DNA of 55,923 nucleotides from Perkinsus olseni (Eukaryota): NCBI GenBank assembly GCA_013115125.1, contig JABANN010000182.1, positions 1 to 55,923 of the forward strand, read 5' to 3'. Shown piece by piece: positions 25,513 to 37,064 of this stretch (position 1 is its first letter; each line of letters starts with the position of its first letter). The notes under the pieces were generated by a model. It saw only the letters and a program-made list of their open reading frames with translations, ran no database searches and was not told where the DNA came from. The position numbers and the translations under genes were made by a program.

Positions 25513-28500
25513 CCCGTGATGTTGTGGATAATACTACTTGTACAACATTCCAAGAATCGAGTTGGCCATACACACTCCCCTTCCTGATCCGTGCCTTCTT
25601 CTCTCGGAATGGTTCACCCCAGATCGATTGTCGAACCTGATGATGACCATACACCCGAACTCCTGGGATGACCAATCCGCTGTTCATCCACAAAGATCCC
25701 TCAGTAACGGACCAAAGTAATACAGCGTGTTAGAATAATTCACTATGAGTTTCATACCACCCCATGCGATCATCACCACCTTCCTGTATCACCTTTTCGG
25801 CCTCTTCTTGTCTCTTCTGCTTGCGCTTCTGATGCGGCGTTGCCTTCTGCTGCTGTTCCTCTGACTTCTCAGGTGGCACTTCAGTAACTATTATCGTAAT
25901 AGAATTGCTGTTACTAGGGATCGAACTCGACATCACCTCCATCTGCCTTATGGGCACTTAAAGCTGATGCTTCCAACGCTGTCACACATACGGTAGGATC
26001 GGCCATACCTGATCAGTATCCACACTACTACTTCCAGTCCGCACTGCTATCACCACACACATCCCCCTATCGTACCAGATACTCATCGGCATGATCAATT
26101 TTCATAACAAGCATATATACTCAAGTAAGCATCCATGATCTAATACTCCATCGAATGACATTAACAACAATCCTCACGGGAACGCTCTACGATATAGACC
26201 CAGTGAAGTCATTATTAGCAAGCAGCATACTACTACCATCCTTATTACCAGTATCGAAGGGATCGACGATAGTGCCCACTTGGAATGTTTTCATACTCTC
26301 CCTTATTATCGGCCCATAGAAGTTATTACACCACTCGGTGACTGGAGTATGTGCAACAGCATATCTTAGCTCGTCTCGATAGGGGTAACGAGAATCCTCA
26401 AACTTCTTCCGAGACATCTTCATCTCCTCAAGGACATATCTGTAAAATACCCCTCCTAGGAATCGAACCGTGGACCTCTTCTTATTACTTGCTAACTTCA
26501 TTACACCTATCTCTCGAAGTCTTGGGTCGTGGCTCAGCTCTCTCGAATATTTCATCCAAGTCAGCCACCTCCAAAGTCAGCATATACGGTGCTCTTGTAC
26601 GTGTCTTGAATACCCTACAATCCTCTGTGTGCACCTACACAACACCCAAATCGATCATCTGGGCGAGCGCTACAGCCATAAGGCCCAGTATATTACCGAT
26701 AATATATGGGTTTGAACACTATCCTTTCTGTTATTGCATGCCGGCATTCCTTGCGGTAGTGATAATCCGGTTAGTTGGAATGAGCCGGTAGTCATCGCTA
26801 CCGCTGCGCGTCCTAGAAAATATACCCTTACCGGGGATCGAACCGGAGTGCCTTGAAACTACTTTCAAAAAGCCATTCATTGAGTTGTGACATGGCCGCT
26901 GCAAGGCACTGCTTCCTCTCGGTATGATTTACTAGTAGACATGATAATCGGCATAGTGCCGCTACGAAAGTATTCTGGTTGTTAAAATAGTCACATCTGA
27001 TGGATACTCAAAAATGCAGGGTGCAGGGATTGAACCCGGGACTTCCCACCTGAGCTGTTTCAATAGGAACTTCTCCATTTCCCCATCCAGATGTTTGATA
27101 TCCTCATCGCTCTCATTCCCTCCAGCCCCCATCGTACATCCTCTACTATCTGTCGCCGCGTTACTAGCAGCAGGTAAAGTAATCCCGGAAACAGCGATAT
27201 ATCGGTCGATGGAAGTCTCCGGGTCACCGAGTTCGGCATAAATAGACATCGTGCCTGATCCCTCTACTACTACCTAACACCTAGCGGTGATATTATTATT
27301 ATTACTTATACGATTGAGATAAGGACTAGTCTGTCCTCTTGCCGATCTTGATGCATTCCTGAGAGCTTCTAAGGACTCTTGAAGGGACACTACCTGAGGC
27401 TTTGAGGCGTACAGGCAGGTTTGCGTACAGGCAGGTTATTATCGACATGTACTCCCACCTCCTTGGTAGCGCTATCCCGTCTCGTAGCATCATGATCATC
27501 ATCATCATCAACTGACGATGTGGGCGAGGTAGCATTATCATCATTACTACCAACGCCCGAACGCCCTTCTGAAAATGTCAACATCAAGCCTACCACTCCA
27601 ACGATAACTACTATACTATTACTACCCGTAGCATCATCGTCCATTCGTTGAGATGGCACCGCACTGAGCTCAGGGTTCGAGTTACTACGAGATATACCCT
27701 CTCCTCCTCCTGCTCCTCTACCATCCCTTCCTCTGAGGGTAACTTTGATAATGCTATTTCAACCAACCACGATTGCTACTACAGATTGCTGTTGCGCGTC
27801 CTGCCCACCATTGGAGGGACACTAGCTACAGACTCGGCAGCACCCACTGAGCCTTCGGGGGTATGCTGATGGTACTCAGGAGGAGGTAGGGACACTGAAG
27901 ACCCCTTCTTCCCATCATGAATAGAATCACCAGCAATCCCTCCAGCCCTAGCCATGACCTGCCCAAAGAGTATAACAAAGACACCTGGCGTGAAGGACCT
28001 ACTACCTGCGATGTACTGGTGGAGGACTTCTTATGCTGTTTCAACTGATGTTTCTGTAATCTACTATCACCCTTCGTGAGGGCTGCATTGGACTGCTTCT
28101 TCCTCGCCGTAGCTGACGAGAACGTCACTACGTCACATCATAATACTAGTTCATACCACACCACACGCTACACGTGTCGAGAGCATACACCCCCCACTTA
28201 GCGACATTCCCATGACAAGAAAATGCATATGTTCGGCGGGGCGTATTGGGTATGATCAATATTACCAACGCTGGGGGCCAATCCACAATTCACAACAGCC
28301 ATTTCGCATTCTTGACACAACCGTAAGGCTGCTTCATGCATCTCCGTACCAGTCACTTTGGCACCATCTTCAATAACTGCTTGATAACTACAGTAACAAG
28401 AAGCATCACCATCAGGCTATGTAATATGACGTATTACAGCCAGTGCAACTTCAGGGCAAATCCCATCCTCTGGGCGGCTTTATCGAGCAAGAAGGTGTGC

Positions 28501-28932
28501 AAGGAGGACTATTTACGAAAGGATTGGTATGCAAGGCTAGTGCTGCTATTATTATTACTGTATTGATCCTTTTTAACGAGGAGTACACTAGTTGGGGTAG
28601 GTAGAAGTCGATGTACTTATCATTAACGTTATAACTGATGATGATGATTGGTCCGGTCCCAGCGGGCAGGTATTACAGTTCGTTAACAAGATAATCATTA
28701 ACACCCTGTGATGTCATGGTATGCAGGTAATGCATATGATAATAAGCATCGAATACCTAACACCATCATGGGAACAATACCAGAGGCCCACCGGTATTAC
28801 CTCAGACTTGAACAATCTCAATAGCGAACCCAAGGAAGCATCCCCTCCATCAGGCTTACTCCCCTCCTCCCCTGCCTCCATCTTCTTACCATCACCAGCA
28901 GATAATGATGATGAGGATGATGACGATGACAT
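24581..28932 (-). CDS. Phosphatidylinositol 4-kinase type III beta
   Basis: N-terminal LLRLFKSE and DFYLPQL. C-terminal [70 protein letters not shown]-stop. Confidence 0.95.
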
Positions 28933-29061
28933 GACTACAATTCACTTCAGTACTGTCATGCTGAGGAGTGCTAAATTCTAGGGCGAGCGCTACATCGTCG
29001 ATGTTACTGGAAATTTGCAAAATTATGGGTATAACATGATAATCTTTTTACGATCGTCATA

Positions 29062-30354
29062 ATGGTTGCTGGTCGTACTCACAATCCCTTCTCCCTCCCA
29101 CCACCTCCATCTGACGCTGCATTGAATAGCGTATCACTTGAGTTCCCTTATGAAGTGTTATATAATGCAACACAAGGCTTTGCTATTGCAAATAGAATTG
29201 GTTACGGAAGTTATGGTACGGTATATAAAGGGACTCTGCCCGATGGTACGATCGTAGCTATTAAAGTCCTACAAAACCCCAAGCGTGCCGGGTTCAAGGA
29301 GGAAGTTAGGATACTATCAAAATATCGTCATCCCAACTTGGTGATTTTGATGGGCTTCGCTAGATGCCACGACCAGCGCTTACTGGTGTATGAGTATCTT
29401 TCTCATGGTACGTTATATGATAGGTTACATCATCCATCAACATCACAACAACAAGATACGCCTTTCCTCTATCGTAACCGTATTGATGTTTTGAGATCAG
29501 TTTCACGAGGTCTGGGGTATCTTCATACCCGTGAACAGCCAGCATATCATAGAGATATCAAAAGTCAGAATATCTTACTTAATGGTCATGATGATGCCAA
29601 GATAGCAGACTTCGGACTATCAGTACTAGCCAACCCCTTCCTACCCGATAACAGTGTGCCGGTGACAAGCGTATCGGGTACGCCTGGCTACATATGCCCC
29701 TACTACCAACAGACTAGGGTCATCAGTGAGACCACTGAGGTCTATGGTTTTGGTATGGTAATAATGGAAACACTCACAGCCCTATCACCAGCTTATTATG
29801 ATAATAATTTCATTATACAGTATAACTTTACAATGGAGCATACGACAGCCCAGGACTTATGGTTGAGGGTTGACACGACAGCTAGGTGGCCCGAGTTTAT
29901 CATTGGGGAACTGGTCAATCTAGCTCTTAATTGCATCAGCGCTGATGTTAGTAAGCGGCCAAGCTTCTCACATATAACACAGGTATTGGATAAACTGGTA
30001 GAGATGGAAGATTGGACCCTAGCCGAGACGGCACGCCTACCCCCTCCCCCTGAGGAGGGAGCTCCTCCTTCTACTATTGGCTCGGTTGGTGATTTCGGGG
30101 CGGATTGGGATGGGTTGACGATGGAGGATTTGAAGTTACCACCATCATCATCGCCGCAGGGGGCCATTAGCCAACCAGCTGATGAAGACAGGAATGAGGT
30201 CCATGCTCATCATGAGGAGGATCAGGACGAGGATGGTGTATCATTATCGGGACCATTGAGGTTATCAAGTATGGATACCGTCGATAGAGGCAGCAGCAGA
30301 AGAAGGAGGAGGAGGAGCAACAAGAGGAAGTGTTGCGGATGTACCATTATGTGA
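29062..30354 (+). CDS. Intronless IRAK/Pelle/RLCK-like Ser/Thr kinase with C-terminal CaaX
   Basis: FPYEVLYNATQGF, IGYGSYGTVYKG, VAIK, RHPNLVILMG, LVYEY, HRDIKSQNILL, DFG, GTPGYICP; ends RRRRRRSNKRKCCGCTIM. Confidence 0.95.
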   Translation: MVAGRTHNPFSLPPPPSDAALNSVSLEFPYEVLYNATQGFAIANRIGYGSYGTVYKGTLPDGTIVAIKVLQNPKRAGFKEEVRILSKYRHPNLVILMGFARCHDQRLLVYEYLSHGTLYDRLHHPSTSQQQDTPFLYRNRIDVLRSVSRGLGYLHTREQPAYHRDIKSQNILLNGHDDAKIADFGLSVLANPFLPDNSVPVTSVSGTPGYICPYYQQTRVISETTEVYGFGMVIMETLTALSPAYYDNNFIIQYNFTMEHTTAQDLWLRVDTTARWPEFIIGELVNLALNCISADVSKRPSFSHITQVLDKLVEMEDWTLAETARLPPPPEEGAPPSTIGSVGDFGADWDGLTMEDLKLPPSSSPQGAISQPADEDRNEVHAHHEEDQDEDGVSLSGPLRLSSMDTVDRGSSRRRRRRSNKRKCCGCTIM

Positions 30355-30479
30355 TATTCTCAGCACTTGACCTGTTTTATATCTTGCACACTTCAACCTA
30401 GGATACTCCGACAGTTTTTTGACACCATTTACCATGTTGTTATGAAGTGTTGTGTACTGAAAGGAATCTCAGGTTGACC

Positions 30480-31790
30480 TATGCAGGATTCAGAATAACT
30501 TGTTCTTGTTCAGGATTATTCCTTAAGCCATTGATATCACCGAATTCCCCTCGCCTCGATTCAGAGCCCTCTTCTAGCTCGATCGGTATCACCGTCTTTG
30601 TCAACAGTCGCGTCATTGTCCCCGTCATCAAGCCTCGCCAACGAGGCAGAGGCAGGAGAGGAAGAAGAAGATAATACACGTATCATTATAGCGTCACCGC
30701 CGCCACCCGTCCCACCATTACCATACCCGGATACCATTGCCTACCATAATGATAATATAGTGTACCCCAGATCAGGACAGGGGAGGGGAGAAGGAGGGGC
30801 GCAGAAGGAGGGTACTATGAGGGATAGTATAAGGTAGTACAAGGGAGGCTAATGATAGTCATTATCATCTTGTTATAGGCCACTCAATGTGTTGAGGGTA
30901 CGAATGCTTATGGATTGCCCAATCATATCCATCGCAACACTGGTTGGAGGATTTCTATCATTAGGTAGGTCTCGGGTTCGAATCCTTGTCGTGTCACCTA
31001 TTATTAGGTTTACTCAGTACACTAAAATTGAACGTCATCCATCGTGAAGGGCCAGGAGTTGATAGAGGTTATGATTCTCTCCCTCTTAACTTCATCCGTG
31101 TTGCCGTTGCTGATGCCTTCGGGTAGGGTTCCCTTACTACACACGGCCCATCATGGTAATCTATCAGGTATTATCTCTGGGGGATGCTCATAATAGCGGT
31201 CGTAGTGTATCCAATCAAGAGCATTCTGGACTCTCTAGCGCTCGACGACAGCACCTCTAGCCGATCGCTATCATTACGGGATAATTTCGTGGCGCGCGCC
31301 AAGGGGATTATGAGAGTATCGGGTGGTGTGGTACTACTAGCAGTACTTGCGCGTAACTACAGTATTATAGCGAGCGTAGAGTGGATCGAAGGGATCATAG
31401 GAAGCATCATACCGGGGGTAATTATCATGGACACCAATCACAAGTATACCACAAGTGGCAGTGTAACAGGTACTCATCATAACGTCCTTACTGATAGCTG
31501 GACACTGGAGGGGTTTGGCGAGAGCTCTGTTGGTGACGATGATGCTCAGCGGCTCTGTCCTTGTCGCGTTCACTTATTATATAGTGCCCGCGATTATGGA
31601 TGGTACTATCACTGTCGGTTATGCTTTACTGTTAAGGATGGGAACACCATTGCTGGTAGTCGGAGGGTCCGCGGTTCGATACCGGCACATGTCATTTTCC
31701 CGCTAGATACAGTCACTCTATATGCATATCTTATTCCGCGCATGCAAAGTACTTTCCCTACACCCTCTTATCATTCGTAACCTACTGATT
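30480..31790 (+). CDS. Hypothetical multi-pass membrane protein
   Basis: Several hydrophobic exons (IISIATLVGGFLSL; GGVVLLAVLA; ALLVTMMLSGSVLVAFTYYIVP) separated by GT-AG introns (30965-31007, 31656-31706). Ends approximate. Confidence 0.45.
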
Positions 31791-31953
31791 GTAGTAATGG
31801 TAATATATTTCTGCAATACCAAATTTTTCGTATCGCTTGCCTTCAGTACTCCACCCTAGTACCAACTTATATAATAAGTATTGGTATCTTGGACTACAGT
31901 ATCGCCTCCACCTGTGAAGTGGCTATACAGATATTACTATTACGTGAGCTATT

Positions 31954-32816
31954 CTACTTATCATCTTCGTCAACAGGCTTCAAGGGTAGTACTACTAGTA
32001 ACATCATCTTGATTATCGTCCTTCATGTTAGGCACCTTTGTAGCACTCGTTGGCATTGTTGATAGACTCGGTGATCCAGTACTGAACGATGACGAGGAAG
32101 AGGAGGAAAAACAGGACGACAGCGGCAATGATGGGGTAGTTGAGATACTCACGGATTTTCCACCATCATTTTCAATAGATACCCTCATCTAGATCAGCAT
32201 TGCAGATGCTGCTTCTAGACTATATGTCAATGCATGGAGTGTCAGCGGGAATGGCAGGTAGAATAAACAGGGATCGAACCTGGATCGTTGGGTTAGAAGA
32301 CTGAGTACCCAACGTTCTGAGCTGTCTATGAGCAGGTCTGTGTCTGCTGGTGCCGGGGGTCTCCTTGTCCATGGAAGTAACATCAACCAGAATTGTCGTG
32401 AACACCCTGATGGCTGTATCCATCTGCATCCTTGGTGGTATAATAAACCTTCTTATTGTAAGAGACCTCTCCTAGTGGCGCGCAAACCTTATTGTTAGAT
32501 AACCGAGTGTAAGTCGGCTTTGCTGTGGCGCATGATTGGCTTATTAAGTCAACATTGTTCGAGTAGAGGGATGACCGTATGCCTTCATGCTACAGCGGCC
32601 ACCGCTATTGCGTGAGTCCCTCTGCTTTTCGAGTATCTTCCGCGCTTCAACCTCGGATACCCAAAAGGTACCATTTGGTTCAATCCATGACTGGCATCAT
32701 GTGCCGGCAAGGAGATGGTGGATTAGGGATATGTTAGCAGGTCTTATTATCGATCGCCCGATCGATTAAGATACTGTACTGCAGTATATCATCGGAGATG
32801 TATACTTTGATATCAT
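31954..32816 (-). CDS. Small multi-exon hypothetical protein
   Basis: Exon-like pieces SWIEPNGTFWVSEVEARKILEKQRD, MQMDTAIRVFTTILVDV and KPVDEDDK-stop. Start uncertain. Confidence 0.35.
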
Positions 32817-32903
32817 GATCAACGCTGTTACTCATACTCATCGTAGGATTTGCGTTCAGTCGACCAGGGTTCGATCCCCGCTCCCGACAGGAGATCCTTT
32901 ATT

Positions 32904-33986
32904 ATGCTTTTTCGAAGTGGCTTTGCTGCTGTTGCTGCCTGCTCGGCCCTCCTAGCCACTACTGCCTCTGCTGTGGACATCACTGGTGTGCTCCAAGTTC
33001 CTAGTAAGCTAACCCAAGTTGCCATCACATCACCATCATCATTGTCGTAATCAGGCAAGTTGGAGAGCGGCGGAGGTGGTTTAGAGCGCATCTTTGGTCG
33101 ATCAAGGGTTATACTAGAGGATGGCCGGGAGTACGGTGCGAACGTTGATCAGAGAGGAATCTTTCGAATGTATTAACCACAACGGAATCTTCGCTGTGCG
33201 CTACGTATCATGCTCTTAGTCCCGATGTAGAGCTGGGGACTTATGTATTGCAGGTTGTGAACCAAGATATCGAATTTGAACAGGTAGTAAGGTGGTCCCG
33301 AGTTCGATCCCTGGTAGGAGTATTTCATCTCAGTTAACCATTGATGTGCTACCTGATAATAAAGTAACGGCCCATCATTTCGATCCTCTCCATTCACATG
33401 GCAAGATGTCATCCAAGGGTTTGCCCTTGGTCATCTCCGCCAGAGGCCGAATCGAGTACTTCACCCAGAGGGAGGTGAGACCGCTGCTGCGGATTCCTCT
33501 CATCATCAACGTCGTGATCATCGTCAGAGTTTCAACCTGCTGCATGTATTGAAGTCCCCTATGGCCATCATGGCCCTGGTTATTGCGGGTATTATGTTGT
33601 GCTTACCAAAACTACAGCAAAACATGATGGATGAGGAGACTATGAAGGAGATGAAGGAAGGTAGTATCTTAGCTTCATTCATGCAGGATACGAAGTATGT
33701 CTGGTTAGTTGCCGCTAATGATGATGGCCTCACAGGAGGTTTGATGAGAGCCATGACCGGTGGTGGAGCTGCCGCCTCTGATACATCAGCAGTGCCAGCA
33801 GCAGCATCGAAGAACACTAAGAAGGTGAGGATTCTCGTGTGGGGACAATTTGCACAAAACATCACCGAAGCTAGGGATAGTACCCGATTGTGTTGTAGAG
33901 CTGACCTCCTGCTGCTGATAGTAATACGAGCGTTATGTTCTCAGGAGGGAGGCAATGCTCGTCGACGAGGTGGGCATAGAGGATAG
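32904..33986 (+). CDS. EMC7: ER membrane protein complex subunit 7-like
   Basis: Signal peptide MLFRSGFAAVAACSALLATTASA, beta-sandwich-like exons (GTYVLQV, LTIDV), EYFTQRE..LKSPMAIMALVIAGIMLCLPKL..MDEETMKEMKE. Confidence 0.8.
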
Positions 33987-34102
33987 AGTACCGAGGCCTG
34001 TCGTTTATCGTTTCCTTCTCGACAAGGCTGTTGCCGTTCGTGGGTTGTTGGGGCATTGCAGCTGTGGTGGTGGTAGTTGTTGTTGTTTTATAACACTTTG
34101 TC

Positions 34103-35731
34103 ATGGGTAAAGACTATTACGGGATATTAGGAGTAAAGAAGGACGCTGATCAGGATGAGATAAAGAAAGCGTGAGTGGGTGGAGGAGGTCTCGAGTTCGA
34201 ATCTATGCCATGACATCATTCCAACTGCAGGTATCGTCGTATGGCTTTAAAGTGGCATCCAGATAAGAACCCTAATAATAGAGAAGCTGCTGCTGAGAAA
34301 TTCAAAGAGGTACTTGGAATCTTGCTTGGTCTCGCCATTCCTCAACGATAACTGCCGCTATTATCAACGCGATGCTCATTTCACCGAGTTTGAGACGTTC
34401 AGTGAACTCTAGAAGTGATACATCTAGGCCTATCTTGCTGATCTTGCACGTCCTCGCCAATTCCCAATTTCTCTCCCACTCCCGTAGGTTGCCGAAGCAT
34501 ATGATGTATTGAGTGACCCCCAGAAGAAGGCAGTGTACGATCAATACGGCGAAGAGGGTCTCAAGGGTGGGGCTCCCGGTGGACCCGGTCCTTCTGGACC
34601 CGATGCCCAGGGTTATTACACTACTGGCAAGTAGGAATCTTCGCTGTGCGAGGGCGTATCTTTACTGCTGCTGTTGTTGTTTTCCCTCAGTTTCCAGGGT
34701 GCACCTCACGGATTCCACTACACGTTCTCACGTGATCCCAATGACATGTTCGCGCAGTTCTTCAAAGAGACTGTCCATCGGACTAACAGCTTTGGAGAGA
34801 CACCATTCGGGAATGATAGCTTCGCGGAGTTGTTCTCGGGTGATTATTTAGGCATCTTGCAATCTTGGGAGTTCTTATATGTCCTCAACGCTTAGGTCTT
34901 GGATCAGGACCTAGGGGACCTGGCCGCGATGCATCTAGCACAATGGGAAAGCAACGTAAGTGTCACTACCGGCATTGTTGCTGTAAACTGCGCGCCCTCT
35001 TTAGGAGCTGTTGAATTCGATCTTAACTGCTCGCTCGAGGACCTGTTCCATGGTACAGTGAAGAAAATGAAGGTGATAGGATCGAACCGGGGACCTCTTG
35101 TGCCACAGTTGCTTGCCTTGCAGGTGCGCCGTGTGAGTCGGACAGTCCAGCGACCAGCCGAGAAGACACTCGAGGTGCCCATCAAGGCAGGTTGGAAGCC
35201 TGGTAAGTCTACTGCTGGGTCGTGTTGTTCTCATCCGCCGTCGTGTAGGTACCCGTATCACCTTCGCTGGTGAGGGTGATGAGATTGGTAACTCTGGAAG
35301 ATGCCAAGACATAGTATTCATCATCCGTGAAAAGAAGCATCCCATGTTCACTAGGGACGGGTAATAAGCACCACTCGTTACCTTCCAGTACTCATCATTT
35401 TCAGGTCTAATTTATTATTCAACGCCAGTATTACTCTGAAGGAGGCTTTGTGTGGCTTCGAGCTGCATGTCCCATCCATAGAGGGTGATAAGGCTATTAG
35501 GTAGTAATCAACAACGCTGCCACGCGAAGAGGTAGTCGCTATCTCTCCTCGTCGTTCAGAGTCCGCATCGAGCAAGTAGTAACACCAGGGTTCACTCGAG
35601 TCATCCGGGGTGCCGGTATGCCGGTATCAAAGCAACCTGGCCAGCGTGGTGATCTAGTTGTTACCTTCGATATAGTATTCCCAAAGACACTGTCATCACA
35701 ACAGAAGGAGATCCTCAGAAGGACTCTTTGA
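34103..35731 (+). CDS. Class B DnaJ/Hsp40 co-chaperone (DNAJB-like)
   Basis: [47 protein letters not shown]-rich region, [47 protein letters not shown]. Confidence 0.97.
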
Positions 35732-36063
35732 TTATTCTTAAGTTGTCTCCTCATCATCTTCAACAACAACTGCTGCTGCTGCATTCCATATCATCGTCAA
35801 ACACCATATTATCATAATAACCATCATTGTGCTTCTTGCGTTAATGATCATTACCGTCCGGGCGGGTGTTGTAGCTAGAGGTGTCAGAAAAATCAGTTAG
35901 TTGCACTTGTCAGGGTCGTTGGAAAGATATGCGTTGCTCACGGTTACACCGCACTGGCAAGACTCTTGTTCTGTTCTTAGATTACAATAATATTTCCTTT
36001 CTTCGTTTTCGACACTGGTCTCCTATGATAACTCGGCGGCGTTGGTGTTGGTGTGGTACTGGA

Positions 36064-36717
36064 ATGACAGCTGGATGGGTAACATCAATAATGCTACTAC
36101 TTGTTTTGTCGAGTCAATACCCTTCCGCAGCCGCAGCAGTGATGGTTGGTAGTACCGATACTGTAGGAGTATCATCAACCAGTAACAATGTAGTAGTGGA
36201 TAATAATGGTAATTCGAGTAGTAGTGAGGCTCCCCTTGGTGGTGGTAACTTCACAACAACTTCCCCTACTACTACAACTACCACTACTACTACCTTACCC
36301 CCTGTTAATTTGTATTGCCCTCAGGGATATTGTCTTGATACTAAGATGCACAACAATGTTACTTGTATTAACATGCTACCTGCTCAGATGATAGACTGTT
36401 GGGATAATTATTGTGATAGTGTTGAGAATGAGTACTGCATGTCATGGGGTGTGGGTAGTGGTAGAGTGTGCCATAGTACTACTACCATGTGTCAGTGTAC
36501 ATATCTTAGTGTAATACAAGCACAGATAATAGTAGGATACATCCCAGCCCCTCCTGGATGGACAGAAGCCAAGGAATGTGATTATGCTGCTACTGGTTAT
36601 GCCCCTCCTACTACTACCTTAACGCCTGAGGATGGTACTTCGATCGGGAGTGACCTATCAAGGCCATCATACCTCATCATCGCAAGCGCTATCATGCTGC
36701 TATACGTCCTTGGATGA
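36064..36717 (+). CDS. Secreted, probably GPI-anchored Cys/Thr-rich surface protein
   Basis: Signal peptide (MTAGWVTSIMLLLVLSS), Thr-rich stretch, Cys module CWDNYC..YCMSW..CH..CQC, hydrophobic C-terminal tail YLIIASAIMLLYVLG. Single exon. Confidence 0.75.
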   Translation: MTAGWVTSIMLLLVLSSQYPSAAAAVMVGSTDTVGVSSTSNNVVVDNNGNSSSSEAPLGGGNFTTTSPTTTTTTTTTLPPVNLYCPQGYCLDTKMHNNVTCINMLPAQMIDCWDNYCDSVENEYCMSWGVGSGRVCHSTTTMCQCTYLSVIQAQIIVGYIPAPPGWTEAKECDYAATGYAPPTTTLTPEDGTSIGSDLSRPSYLIIASAIMLLYVLG

Positions 36718-37064
36718 TGAGGCTCGTCATGGGCCTGCAACCAACGGCACGCTATCAACTGTAATTTGCTAAACCTACACAGTAACACTGTCCTCGTCAT
36801 ATCATCATCAGTCATGCTGCTGCTGGTGCTGCTGCCGGTGTGGTGATGACTGCCCTTCTCGGACTTGCAGTAGTAAATGTATTATTCACTGGTGATGGTA
36901 GTCATCACCGATCTTTTTATCAACACTCCCAGGCAGTTGTAATGGTCGTTGCCATATTCTACAGTAGTACTGTCATTCCGTATCCTATACCACACTTTCC
37001 CCCATTCGCGTCAGAGCTGATGATGAGTTACCACGCCATGCCGTACTGTACCTCAGTTTCTTCC

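Noticed and set aside
26997-27049. Complete intronic tRNA genes
   Set aside because: The introns are mostly too short (43-69 nt), and no D-arm/A-box or complementary 5' acceptor strand was found. Reported as fragments only.
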